IMG/VR virus record: IMGVR_UViG_3300035670_000099
Location: 29,612 to 93,611 of that record
DNA: 64,000 nt
Source of the DNA: a virus
Strand: one strand, 5' to 3'
Positions 10,845-19,970 of this stretch are shown piece after piece. Each line of letters opens with the position of its first letter. Position 1 is the stretch's first letter. Under the pieces are notes generated by a model, which ran no database searches, was not told the DNA's origin, and saw nothing but the letters and a program-made list of their open reading frames with translations. A program made the translations under genes and the position numbers.

Positions 10845-11968
10845 TGTAAATCACTCCAACTATCTGTAAATGTACAATTCCCTTCCATAACTCTAACAGT
10901 GTCTCCGTTATTCAATCTAACTAATATTTCATATCCATATTCTCCATCCATATCGTAAAATTCAGCGCTGTTTACGTATAATTCTAAACTAATTGTGTTG
11001 AATGGTATTACTCCAACCATGAATTTGGAATAAGGAGGGATGATAACATTACCTTCGGGTGCCAAAAGTTTTACTGTTGGTGTGGTTAATGCAGTAGGAG
11101 GGATTCCTACAAAATTTTCCTTGAAAGCTACTGCTCCTACATATTTCCATTCTTTATCAACATTAGAATAAGATTGAACATACAATCTTGTATTTGCAGT
11201 CATTGCGGGTAAACCTAAATACCAGCCTTGGATGCTTACATCTACTCCTGTTGTATTAGTTGAGTCAATCGCTATATCCGCACTTCCGTTATTTAAGTAA
11301 CCAACAGTATTTGTAACATAACAGTTGTAGCCATTAAGAGTGCCAGCGACAACTGTTTCTCTAATTTCAATACTTGTTTGTCCAGCATTTACAGTGTTTG
11401 CTACTGTAACTCCTGTTACTAATGTACCACTTGTAAAAGCAAGTATACTGCCAGCGGGGATTTGTTGAGTTACGCCTGTTACAGTTAACGCATTTTGTGT
11501 GTTGCTAGTTATATTTACGGTAAAATTGCTTGCTATGTTAGCATGAAACGCAGCCACTGATGCAGAACGATTGAATATTCTAGCTTCACTAACTGTTTTA
11601 GTTGCATTAGAACTTAAAACAAGAGTAGAGTCAGTGACAGCATCTACTTTAGCAATTGCAACAGCGCCTTCAACAATTACTTTATCCCCAACTCTAACAG
11701 GCAGTAAAGACAATATTTTACTTTTGTCAGCTGTAGCAGGATATGCTTTAATTTGTACATTTGGGGTGTTAATTGTAGTAGATGCAGTAAATCGTTTAAC
11801 TAAACTAAATCCCGGAGATTTACGTCGAACTTCTCCAAATACCAAAGCATTTGCAAAGTTCATGCCATAACTACCTGTTACAGTTAAATTAAATCTAGCT
11901 GTCTCACCTTTTTTAAGTAATAAATCTAATTTTTGTGTATTAAACTGAGGTTTAAATGGTTCAGTCAT
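10841..11968 (-). CDS. BppU-like baseplate/tail adaptor protein with inserted beta domains
   Basis: N-term LLLKKGETARFNLTV and C-term YGYEILVRLNNGDTVRVMEGNCTF match the two halves of a BppU-type Ig fold. Confidence 0.55.
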   Translation of the reverse strand: MTEPFKPQFNTQKLDLLLKKGETARFNLTVTGSYGMNFANALVFGEVRRKSPGFSLVKRFTASTTINTPNVQIKAYPATADKSKILSLLPVRVGDKVIVEGAVAIAKVDAVTDSTLVLSSNATKTVSEARIFNRSASVAAFHANIASNFTVNITSNTQNALTVTGVTQQIPAGSILAFTSGTLVTGVTVANTVNAGQTSIEIRETVVAGTLNGYNCYVTNTVGYLNNGSADIAIDSTNTTGVDVSIQGWYLGLPAMTANTRLYVQSYSNVDKEWKYVGAVAFKENFVGIPPTALTTPTVKLLAPEGNVIIPPYSKFMVGVIPFNTISLELYVNSAEFYDMDGEYGYEILVRLNNGDTVRVMEGNCTFTDSWSDLQ

Positions 11969-12167
11969 AATCTAATTCCAATAAATAAGACGGACTAATT
12001 TCCAATACTTTAGCTATCTTTTTAATTAAGCAAGCACGTTTAATTCCATTACTTTCCGCCCTAACGAGAGTCATGCGGCTAACTCCAATACAATTTGCTA
12101 GTTGTTGGCAACTAAAACCTTTCTCAATTCTACATTTTTTTAAATAGCTTCCCTGCCTTTTGGACAT
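11961..12167 (-). CDS. XRE-family HTH regulator
   Basis: LKKCRIEKGFSCQQLANCIGVSRMTLVRAE...IAKVLEIS. Confidence 0.85.
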   Translation of the reverse strand: MSKRQGSYLKKCRIEKGFSCQQLANCIGVSRMTLVRAESNGIKRACLIKKIAKVLEISPSYLLELDYD

Positions 12168-12229
12168 AATTTAATACCATAAAAGATACAGCTACAATAA
12201 TTATTGCCATTATAATTAGCGAGAATAGT

Positions 12230-12258
12230 TTAAGCTAAAAACAAGTGTTTTAGCTTAA
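12230..12258. promoter_or_regulatory. Perfect 11-bp inverted repeat between the XRE gene and the capsid gene (operator or hairpin)
   Basis: TTAAGCTAAAA-ACAAGTG-TTTTAGCTTAA. Confidence 0.55.
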
Positions 12259-12262
12259 TTGT

Positions 12263-14011
12263 ATGTCACGGAAATTTATAAAAGAATTATCAGAACAGCA
12301 AGTCATAGATTCAATTAATCAAGCAAAAAGAGAAAAAATGTCAGACAAACCAAAAGGATTTGCTATTGCCAACTCCGTCAAGATTCAAGACAGCGTATCA
12401 GTAGAATCTACTACAGATGTTTCAGCTCCTGCACCTACTCCTGCTCCTGAGCATGATGCGCCGAAGCCTTTATCTTTGGACGATGTTGAACGTGTTTTAT
12501 CTGTTCATTTAGATAAAATGCAATCTTCTTTAGAAGCGGAAAAACAAGCTAAAGCAGAATTGGAAGCTGCTTTACAAAAAGAACGTGCTGAAAAGGACGC
12601 TCTTAAATCTCAATTAGATACAGCGAGATTAGCTGAAAAAGTATTAAATGATATTGGTAGAATGCAAGGAAAAACTGAAAGCGTTTTTGTTCCTAATGTT
12701 AATAGAGTAATAACATCTAAAGCAGATGCGCCACAAGGTGCTTTAAAAGATTGGTTTAACATTTTTGATGACTGCTCCAAAGTCATCAAAGTACGCGCCA
12801 ATGGCTCTCAGTATGTTACTCAAGACAACAGGCAGTTGAATCAATTTGTTAAAGAAAACAAAGCAGCTGTTATTAAAGACTTAGAGTCTTGGGCAAAAGC
12901 CAATGGTATGTTGCGTGGTTCTTCTACCATTTCCAAAGATGCTGCAACAGTTGGTGGAGACATCCAAGGCGGCTTTTTGTCTGTTTTGTCATCAATTATG
13001 CGTACTAACAATCGTCAAGGATTTATCTTTTGGCAATTTGCTAATACTGTAATTGATTTTGGCAAAGGATTGGGGGACAACATTAAGATTCCTAGAGCGG
13101 CTTATTTACCCGCTCCTAACGCTCCTGAAGACAGATTATTGTCAAGTGCTGGTGCGTATACTCGTATTGACTCTGGTAATCAAAATTTGTCCACTGGAGT
13201 TGTAACAGCTCAGTTAAGTGAATGGGGTTTAGGACGTAATTCCCAATATCCTCCTGTTACTTTAGTTAGCTTTGTGACTGCCTATTCAATGATTGAACTA
13301 TTGTCAATTTTGAATAGAAACTTAATGCGAGATTACTACGCATGGGAAGATTTGCAGATTAGAAGCTTGTGGACTGGCACAACTCGTGTTGTTTATAATG
13401 ACAAGAACGCTGTTACTACTTCTATTGGTGATGTTGCTACTGCTGGAGATGATGGAACTTTATCTCGCAAATTCTTAGCGTCTCTGTATGGTTACATGAA
13501 AGAACTACAGATTCCTCCATTTGCTGGTAACAAGTATGGCTTGGTAGTTAACAGCACAGCTTTAACTCAATTGAAGATTAGCTATGACACTTTGTGGCAT
13601 GCTGCTACTCCTAGTGAATTGCAAGCTTTGACAGAGTTCTTGAATCCTGTTCTAATCTCTCCTGGCGAGACAGATAAACTAACTGGATATTGTGGAGATT
13701 TTGAGAACTTCATGATTTTCGAGACTAATGCTTATGGTGTTGGTGGTAGCGGCGCTCCTGGTGTTCAAACAGAAAGCAGCAAAGTCACTCACACTAGCTT
13801 TGCTTTTGGTGCTGACACAATCGGACGTGGCATCGGCACTGAAATGGAAGTTCGCTTTGATGATGACACTGATTTTGGACGTGCTACTAGAACTATCTGG
13901 CGCTCTGAAGAAGGATTTGTCCAGATGGATGTTGATGGTGCAGGAGACAGTAGTGCTGTTCCACAACAACTTAGAGTTATCAAAGTTAACACACTCAAAA
14001 CTGCAATTTAA
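12263..14011 (+). CDS. Major capsid protein (HK97 fold, N4-gp56-like) with N-terminal coiled-coil scaffold-like region
   Basis: C-term FGADTIGRGIGTEMEVRFDDDTDFGRATRTIW; DFGKGLGDNIKIPR; heads the head-neck-tail operon. True start may be ATG 12338. Confidence 0.85.
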   Translation: MSRKFIKELSEQQVIDSINQAKREKMSDKPKGFAIANSVKIQDSVSVESTTDVSAPAPTPAPEHDAPKPLSLDDVERVLSVHLDKMQSSLEAEKQAKAELEAALQKERAEKDALKSQLDTARLAEKVLNDIGRMQGKTESVFVPNVNRVITSKADAPQGALKDWFNIFDDCSKVIKVRANGSQYVTQDNRQLNQFVKENKAAVIKDLESWAKANGMLRGSSTISKDAATVGGDIQGGFLSVLSSIMRTNNRQGFIFWQFANTVIDFGKGLGDNIKIPRAAYLPAPNAPEDRLLSSAGAYTRIDSGNQNLSTGVVTAQLSEWGLGRNSQYPPVTLVSFVTAYSMIELLSILNRNLMRDYYAWEDLQIRSLWTGTTRVVYNDKNAVTTSIGDVATAGDDGTLSRKFLASLYGYMKELQIPPFAGNKYGLVVNSTALTQLKISYDTLWHAATPSELQALTEFLNPVLISPGETDKLTGYCGDFENFMIFETNAYGVGGSGAPGVQTESSKVTHTSFAFGADTIGRGIGTEMEVRFDDDTDFGRATRTIWRSEEGFVQMDVDGAGDSSAVPQQLRVIKVNTLKTAI

Positions 14012-14013
14012 TA

Positions 14014-14253
14014 TTGATATTTCCTATGACAGAACAAGATGAGAAGGAAATAATTCAAGAAGCCAAAGAGGTAAAGGAGCCAAGGAAAAAAACATCTACG
14101 GCTCCTACCCCAGCTTTTCAGCATCCTGGCTTTGACTCACAATTCAAATGTTTGTTGTGTGGGCAATTTAGAACTAACTTGGTTGGTACAATATTTTGCC
14201 CAGAGTATTTAAAAGAATGTCCTAGATTTGTGGAGGATAGACGCAATGCCTAA
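14014..14253 (+). CDS. Small protein with Cys cluster (CLLC...C...C), possible Zn finger
   Basis: ORF directly after the capsid gene. Confidence 0.55.
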   Translation: MIFPMTEQDEKEIIQEAKEVKEPRKKTSTAPTPAFQHPGFDSQFKCLLCGQFRTNLVGTIFCPEYLKECPRFVEDRRNA

Positions 14254-14761
14254 GTTAAATACAATACCAACTAGAGTCCAAGATGACTCCATTGGTGGAA
14301 TCGTTAAAGTTATTTATGATTTTGCTGATGTAGGTGGAAAAGTTGGCAATATTCCTTTGGAATTAGAGTTACCAGTTGGAACTATAATTTATGGTGGCTT
14401 TATAGATGTTGTGACTGCTATAGCAGGCGGCGCTAATGCTACGTTTGGATTAAGTTTTATCGATAACGCAAAATATGCAGTGGGTTCATCAGCAACGCCA
14501 CAAGTTCTTTATGGTGCTACAAACGCAACAATTGCAACAGGAGTTACAAGATTGTTTAGTACTGGAACTAGTGCTGTAACTTCTGTTCCTTCAGGAACAA
14601 CCAGCATTACTTTAACTACTAACACATTCCAATCTCCAGCTCTTAAATTAACAACTGGAGGAACTGGTGGAACAAAATGCGTACTTAATGCAGTAGTAGC
14701 TACTGCTGATTTAACTGCTGGCAAAGCTAATATTTATCTGCAATACTTCGGGGTTGCTTAA
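14246..14761 (+). CDS. Putative capsid decoration/cement protein
   Basis: YDFADVGG...LPVGTIIYGGFIDVVTA...GKANIYLQY jelly-roll-like pattern, downstream of the capsid gene; ATG 14246 preferred. Confidence 0.6.
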   Translation: MPKLNTIPTRVQDDSIGGIVKVIYDFADVGGKVGNIPLELELPVGTIIYGGFIDVVTAIAGGANATFGLSFIDNAKYAVGSSATPQVLYGATNATIATGVTRLFSTGTSAVTSVPSGTTSITLTTNTFQSPALKLTTGGTGGTKCVLNAVVATADLTAGKANIYLQYFGVA

Positions 14762-15476
14762 TATGCCGTGGCTCTCTAATCAAGACTGTATTAGTTATGC
14801 TCCCAGCATTACTTTGACTGGAGAGCCATTGACTACTGCAATAACTTTAGCTCAAAGTTTAGTGGAAGGAGTTAATGGCTCTAATCGTCCATTAGCTCTA
14901 ACAGAATTTACTAAAATTTTGTCTATACCAAATACTGGAAGAGTGATTGTGCCAATACGTCCACTACTTCCTTCTCCTGCTCCTGTAATAGAATTAAGAG
15001 GGAGTGATACTCCGCCTCGCTTTGGTGTTTATTCTTTACAAGAATGGGAATTACTTACTTTAGATAAAGATTATATTATTGATTACGATAACAATGAAGT
15101 TGGCTTATTGTCTCTTAGTCGAGTGTTAAGACATGAGTATTTTTATCATACTGGATTTAGAAGATATAGTCGCAGTCCAACAGTTCCTAGATTAAAAAAA
15201 CAACTTAAAATTACTTATTATTCTGGTTTTAATTTTACAACTAACACAGAGGAAGTTGTAATACTAAAACGTGCTTTAGCTAGTATTGTGGCTATGAGAA
15301 TTTCTCCTCAATCACAGGGAGTAAAATCTGTAGATGTTTCTGACGAGAAGTACAAAGTAGAGTATGCATCACAGTCAGATTATCTTGGAATAAGTGGCAA
15401 CAAAACTAGTGGTAGCCCAATAAATGAGTTATTATCAATATTTAGAAAATATCGCCCAAGTGAGTACACGTCATGA
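14754..15476 (+). CDS. Head-tail adaptor
   Basis: LKITYYSGF...LKRALASIV...KSVDVSDEKYKVEY...LLSIFRKYR pattern and position. Confidence 0.7.
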   Translation: MLNMPWLSNQDCISYAPSITLTGEPLTTAITLAQSLVEGVNGSNRPLALTEFTKILSIPNTGRVIVPIRPLLPSPAPVIELRGSDTPPRFGVYSLQEWELLTLDKDYIIDYDNNEVGLLSLSRVLRHEYFYHTGFRRYSRSPTVPRLKKQLKITYYSGFNFTTNTEEVVILKRALASIVAMRISPQSQGVKSVDVSDEKYKVEYASQSDYLGISGNKTSGSPINELLSIFRKYRPSEYTS

Positions 15477-15913
15477 ATATTGAGCAACTTGTCAGTGGCG
15501 CGTTAGAACATTTGCCCGATAATTATTTTAGTACAGTTAATTTAGAGTTAAAATTCAACGTTGGCAGTGGTAGTTTTACAGTAGATCCAGAGACTGGGAA
15601 TTATGTTCAATCATCTACTCCTACTACACTATTAGTTTCTGCAACTGAATACAAAGATCCAAAAGTGCTGCAAATGCCTGGCAGCTACAGTACTAGCTTA
15701 ATCCAAGTCGAAGGACGGCTGAGTAATCCAAAATTGATGCCAACTACAATCACTGTTCAATCTGTTGGTACAGCTAAACTAACCAACAACGATGGTTCTA
15801 TATTTCAAGGAACTTGGAAGTTCATAGCTATTACACAGAATAGAATAAATGCTTACACAACTAAAAGAGGTACGTTAATACGAGGTACTATAACGCTGCC
15901 AACAGCAGTCTAA
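15473..15913 (+). CDS. Putative head closure/neck protein
   Basis: Position after the adaptor, ATGA overlap, VDPETGNY motif. Confidence 0.55.
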   Translation: MNIEQLVSGALEHLPDNYFSTVNLELKFNVGSGSFTVDPETGNYVQSSTPTTLLVSATEYKDPKVLQMPGSYSTSLIQVEGRLSNPKLMPTTITVQSVGTAKLTNNDGSIFQGTWKFIAITQNRINAYTTKRGTLIRGTITLPTAV

Positions 15914-15932
15914 ATAATTTTTCAGAAAACTA

Positions 15933-15961
15933 TTGACAGCAATAAAATAGGATGCTATATT
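15933..15961 (+). promoter_or_regulatory. Sigma70-type promoter
   Basis: CTA-TTGACA-17 bp-TATATT. Confidence 0.7.
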
Positions 15962-16090
15962 AATTTTATTCGATAAGCAATAGGCAAATTCTATGGTATT
16001 TGATTATGATTATCCCGAACGGGATAAAAAAGACAAACAGTAAGCTCTAACTTACTAACTTGCAATAGCTACACCACAACACAAATGGGG

Positions 16091-16111
16091 CCTCCGCAAG
16101 GAGGTTTTTTT
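16091..16111 (+). terminator. Rho-independent terminator
   Basis: CCTCC-GCAA-GGAGG followed by T7. Confidence 0.8.
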
Positions 16112-16114
16112 ATT

Positions 16115-16333
16115 ATGTCAAACGTAGATCACCCACAGCATTACACAACAAGTTCAGTTGAATGCATTGATGCAATTGCAGCAGCTTTATCTCCGGAAGA
16201 GCTAAGAGGATTCATCAAAGGCAATGTCATCAAATACTTATGGAGAAGCGAACACAAGAATGGTAATGAAGATTTACAGAAAGCTTTATGGTACTTAAAT
16301 TGGTATGTCAATAAAATCAAAAATCCATCATAG
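16115..16333 (+). CDS. DUF3310 protein (T7 gp1.7-like nucleotide kinase family)
   Basis: VDHPQHY...ECIDAI...GFIKGNVIKYLWR..HKNG.EDL.KA.WYL; ATG 16115 preferred because the upstream ATG runs through the terminator. Confidence 0.9.
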   Translation: MSNVDHPQHYTTSSVECIDAIAAALSPEELRGFIKGNVIKYLWRSEHKNGNEDLQKALWYLNWYVNKIKNPS

Positions 16334-17276
16334 AGTTTTTGTGTAATTTTCCATTTACCACCTTATATTGCTTTAGCCAGTTATAGGCAGTAGATTGGCA
16401 AACACCTAAATAGAGTTTACACCATGCGAATGATTTGCCATTAGAAAGTGCGTTTAAGACTGTTATTTTGACATTGTCATCGTAAGAAGGCCTGCCAATT
16501 TGTAATGGATTTTCAACAAACTGACTTTGGCAACTTTTGCATAAATATTGCTGCCTATTTCCTCTTTTCCCGTTCTTGACAACATTTTTGCTTAAACAGC
16601 TAGGACAAACAACAATATCGTTGACTACATTTTTAAGTAGTTCTATACCTTCAGATTCTAGTTGTTTAATTTGGTATACTGACAAATTTAATAATGACTT
16701 AATATCTTGTATTTTATAATCTTCAATATAAATTAATCTAAGTATTTGTGCGTGCTTGCTTGGAATTTTAGCTAGTATTATCTCTAATTCATCGATAGTA
16801 GAGTTATCAAAGTAACTGATTTCAGGAAGTTCTATGTGAATTTTATCATGAGCTATCGCAGCTTCTTTGGCGGTTAATTCTGAAATAGTCAAGTCCCTAG
16901 CTGATTGTTCATAAGTAATACCTTTCTTTTTAGCATTACGCATTATTTTCTGATAAATGTCTTGGATGTTCCTAGGGATTTTAACTAATCTGTCTTTGTC
17001 CCGCAGGAACATTAACATATATCCATTTATGAAAGGAACAGCAAAGCTGGACAGCTTTTTAGATTTCTCAGGATTATATCTTTCAATAGCTTGGATTAAT
17101 CCTAGACACCCAATTTGTACTAAATCCTCTAATGGAACAGAGCAAGACTTCTGGACTTTTTGAGCAACAGAGTAGACAAGTCCTAAATTTTTTTCTACAA
17201 TCTTATTTCTTATTTTTATGTCTTTACTCTCGTAGTATTTGATTAGCAGCTGTTGGTTAACATCAAAATTCATCAC
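16317..17276 (-). CDS. Group-3 (SigF/SigB-like) sigma factor fused to a C-terminal IS1 InsA-like Zn ribbon plus HTH
   Basis: RNKIVEKNLGLVYSVA...EDLVQIGCLGLIQAIERY...SSFAVPFING...LRDK..LVKIPR; C-term CPSC..KNVVKNG....QQYLCKSC...GVCQSTAYNW. Confidence 0.85.
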   Translation of the reverse strand: MMNFDVNQQLLIKYYESKDIKIRNKIVEKNLGLVYSVAQKVQKSCSVPLEDLVQIGCLGLIQAIERYNPEKSKKLSSFAVPFINGYMLMFLRDKDRLVKIPRNIQDIYQKIMRNAKKKGITYEQSARDLTISELTAKEAAIAHDKIHIELPEISYFDNSTIDELEIILAKIPSKHAQILRLIYIEDYKIQDIKSLLNLSVYQIKQLESEGIELLKNVVNDIVVCPSCLSKNVVKNGKRGNRQQYLCKSCQSQFVENPLQIGRPSYDDNVKITVLNALSNGKSFAWCKLYLGVCQSTAYNWLKQYKVVNGKLHKNSMMDF

Positions 17277-17314
17277 ATTAACACAAATGTTACATATTTA
17301 TGTTACTTTAAAAA

Positions 17315-17321
17315 TGGCAAC
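17315..17321 (+). promoter_or_regulatory. Putative late promoter element TGGCAAC
   Basis: 33 nt upstream of ATG 17348; the same motif sits at similar distance before three other late genes. Confidence 0.5.
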
Positions 17322-17347
17322 TTTATAGGTAAACTATTCAGGAAACT

Positions 17348-17755
17348 ATGAAAGCTATTTGGAATAAAAATATTAATATTTCTCCTAAAACTGCTACTTA
17401 TACTTGGAGTGCAAATTACGCTCCTATTGTTCATGAAGGCGGTACAAGAAAGGATGGGAGTGATTTTCCTGCTCGTCCCTGGGTTTGGAAAACCGTAGGA
17501 TTAAATGGACAGGAAAGACGTTATGATATTGTACAAGATTTCAATGATAAAATACGTACAGCGAATAGTTTCGATCAATTGTTTGAGGACATTGCAAATA
17601 AACTTGATAGTGAATTTAGGAAGACTATAGAAGCTGAAATATTTACATGGGATGCAGCGACAAAAAGGAAAAATGGCATCACAGTTACGTCTCCAAGAGA
17701 TATTGTTGATTTAGGATTTTTAAGAAACTCTCAATCTAAGTCTATACAGCCATGA
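17348..17755 (+). CDS. HK97 gp10-like neck/tail-completion protein, motif order apparently permuted
   Basis: YAPIVHEG...PARPW and SPRDIVDLGFLRNS motifs. Confidence 0.65.
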   Translation: MKAIWNKNINISPKTATYTWSANYAPIVHEGGTRKDGSDFPARPWVWKTVGLNGQERRYDIVQDFNDKIRTANSFDQLFEDIANKLDSEFRKTIEAEIFTWDAATKRKNGITVTSPRDIVDLGFLRNSQSKSIQP

Positions 17756-18126
17756 ATGTAGCTGAATTAAACACACAACTAAGAACGCTATTAAGCACAG
17801 AGTTAGGAGTATACAGCAATGGTACTCCTAGTATTTGGGTGTATGGTTCAACAAGCAGTCCACCATCTGTAAGTAATGGACTGGAGTGTTTAATACGTCA
17901 GAATCCGATTGGATATGCCGGCGGATCTAGTGCTGGGCAAAGATATAAACCGCAGCAGTGGGAGATAATTCTTAAGAACTGGAAGCGAGATTCTAATTTA
18001 ATAAAAGCAATATCTAAAATAGAGCAACGTTATTGTGTTATGTCTTTGACACACATACCATTTAGCAATGAATTTATAGAACAGGCAACTATTTTTATTA
18101 AAGATCCAATTTTCATTAACACTTAG
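17752..18126 (+). CDS. Putative tail terminator
   Basis: Size and position immediately before the tail tube genes. Confidence 0.55.
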   Translation: MNVAELNTQLRTLLSTELGVYSNGTPSIWVYGSTSSPPSVSNGLECLIRQNPIGYAGGSSAGQRYKPQQWEIILKNWKRDSNLIKAISKIEQRYCVMSLTHIPFSNEFIEQATIFIKDPIFINT

Positions 18127-18129
18127 TCT

Positions 18130-18136
18130 TGGCAAC
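18130..18136 (+). promoter_or_regulatory. Putative late promoter element TGGCAAC
   Basis: 35 nt upstream of ATG 18165. Confidence 0.5.
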
Positions 18137-18164
18137 TATTAAGAAAGAAATATAGGGGATTTAT

Positions 18165-19145
18165 ATGCCTTTAGCAACTAGTTCTTTAATATTACAGAAT
18201 ACAAGCTTAGATTTGATTTTATTACCACTTGATGCAAATTATGGTGTACCTAGTCGTACAGTTTCTTTTGCTACTTTAGCGTTGCAAGCAAACGAAAATA
18301 TTGGAGATACCTCTATTAGTGTTTTATCAAGCACTACAGATACTCCTGTTTTTTTGCGCCAAGGAACTTCTTTATCATTTAGTGGTAGTACTGCCGCTCC
18401 ATTTAGGAGGCAAGTAATTGTCAATGAAGACAAAGTTGTTGGGACATCAGCTACTACTTTAAGTGTGACTCCTTTGTTGCGTCCTCTCGTTTCTGGAAGC
18501 GATCCAATAGGAATAGCAATTGTTCCTTTTGTGTCTAATCACGCTAATTTAGTGATTGAGTGTAATACGAGTAATGGTTCGCCAACTATTACTACTACTA
18601 ACTCTTTTGCCGACGTTGAAGTTGGTGATTTTGTTACTGGCGCTGGAGGCACTGGAATACCAGCCAATGCGTATGTTGTGTCAAAAGCAAGTAATACGTC
18701 TTTAACTATTAGCGCAAATGTTACTGCTGATGGCACCGGCGTAAATTTAACTTTTATTTCTCGTATTACTCCAACACCATTAACTGGTATCCAAACGCTT
18801 GATTTAAATAATCAAGAAACTCAAGTTGATACTACTCACTTTGCCTCTGGCGCTGGAACTGAAGCTGCAATTGTTAGATTTAATAGAAGTTACTCAGCAT
18901 CTGGCATTGCGTTAATTGGTGATGAAGCGCTAGAAAGAATTGTAAAAAGAGTAGCTGGTTTTGATAATGCTTTCTTAGGCAGAGAAGTATATGCTGTTTC
19001 AACCACTTCGGATGGTGAATCTATCCATGGTGTTGCAAAAATTATGGCATTAAACTTGCCTGCCAACCAAAACGAAGTTAAGAAATACTCTTTTACTCTT
19101 ATGTATCAAGGCAATGCTGCTTGGGTACAACCTTACTCTTATTAG
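18165..19145 (+). CDS. Tail tube protein paralog 1 (two inserted beta domains)
   Basis: GIQTLDLNNQETQVDTTHF...NRSYSASG...G.AKIMALNLPANQNEVKKYSFTLMYQG siphovirus tube pattern. Confidence 0.75.
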   Translation: MPLATSSLILQNTSLDLILLPLDANYGVPSRTVSFATLALQANENIGDTSISVLSSTTDTPVFLRQGTSLSFSGSTAAPFRRQVIVNEDKVVGTSATTLSVTPLLRPLVSGSDPIGIAIVPFVSNHANLVIECNTSNGSPTITTTNSFADVEVGDFVTGAGGTGIPANAYVVSKASNTSLTISANVTADGTGVNLTFISRITPTPLTGIQTLDLNNQETQVDTTHFASGAGTEAAIVRFNRSYSASGIALIGDEALERIVKRVAGFDNAFLGREVYAVSTTSDGESIHGVAKIMALNLPANQNEVKKYSFTLMYQGNAAWVQPYSY

Positions 19146-19156
19146 GAGAATGAATC

Positions 19157-19942
19157 ATGCCTTTAGCTACCGCGTCTCAGATTTTACAGTCTTTTTCTCT
19201 CGAGATGATGCTTTTGCCATTAGATACTTTTGGTGCTGCCAATAGATCTTCTACTGGGTATCCTTCTGCAACTATTACCACAACTGGTGCTGCTGTAGGC
19301 GCTACTTCTTTAAGCATAAGTGCTAGTTCTAGTATTGGCTCTTCAACAAGCTTTGCTATTAATGCTGGAACAGCTTTATCTTTTGCCCCTGCTAGTAATA
19401 TAAAGTCTAGACAACAAGTTGTAGTAACTCAAGATGTTCAAAGTCTTACAACTTCATCTACGTCAGTTTCTATTTCTCCATTACTTCGCCCAATAGCAGC
19501 CTCATCAACTGCTACTTTAATTTATCAAACAGACGCTAATATTAGTGCTGGCGCTACAAAGCTATTGCCATTAAGTGGTATTCAAACAATGGACTTGAAC
19601 AATCAAGAAACTCAAGTTGATACTACTCACTTTGGCTCTGGCGCTGGCACTGAAGCTGCAATTGTTAGATTCAATAGAAGTTATTCTGTATCTGGAATTG
19701 CATTAATTGGTGATGAATGTTTAGAAACTGTTGTTAAAAGAGCAGCTGGTTTTGATAACGCTAGACTTGGCAGAGAAGTGTATGCAATTACAACAATGCC
19801 TGATGGAGAAAGAATTGCTGGTGTTGCAAAAATCATGGCATTGAACTTGCCTGCCAACCAAAACGAAGTTAAGAAATACTCTTTCACATTGATGTATCAA
19901 GGTTCTATTTACGAATGGACTGCTCCTTACTCTAATTTTTAG
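19157..19942 (+). CDS. Tail tube protein paralog 2
   Basis: C-terminal core nearly identical to paralog 1. Confidence 0.75.
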   Translation: MPLATASQILQSFSLEMMLLPLDTFGAANRSSTGYPSATITTTGAAVGATSLSISASSSIGSSTSFAINAGTALSFAPASNIKSRQQVVVTQDVQSLTTSSTSVSISPLLRPIAASSTATLIYQTDANISAGATKLLPLSGIQTMDLNNQETQVDTTHFGSGAGTEAAIVRFNRSYSVSGIALIGDECLETVVKRAAGFDNARLGREVYAITTMPDGERIAGVAKIMALNLPANQNEVKKYSFTLMYQGSIYEWTAPYSNF

Positions 19943-19970
19943 TATGGCTTACTAAAAGCTAGGGGGATAA

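Noticed and set aside
16317-16620. Intact IS1 element
   Set aside because: Only the InsA-like domain is present, fused in frame to the sigma factor; no insB or terminal inverted repeats were recognised.
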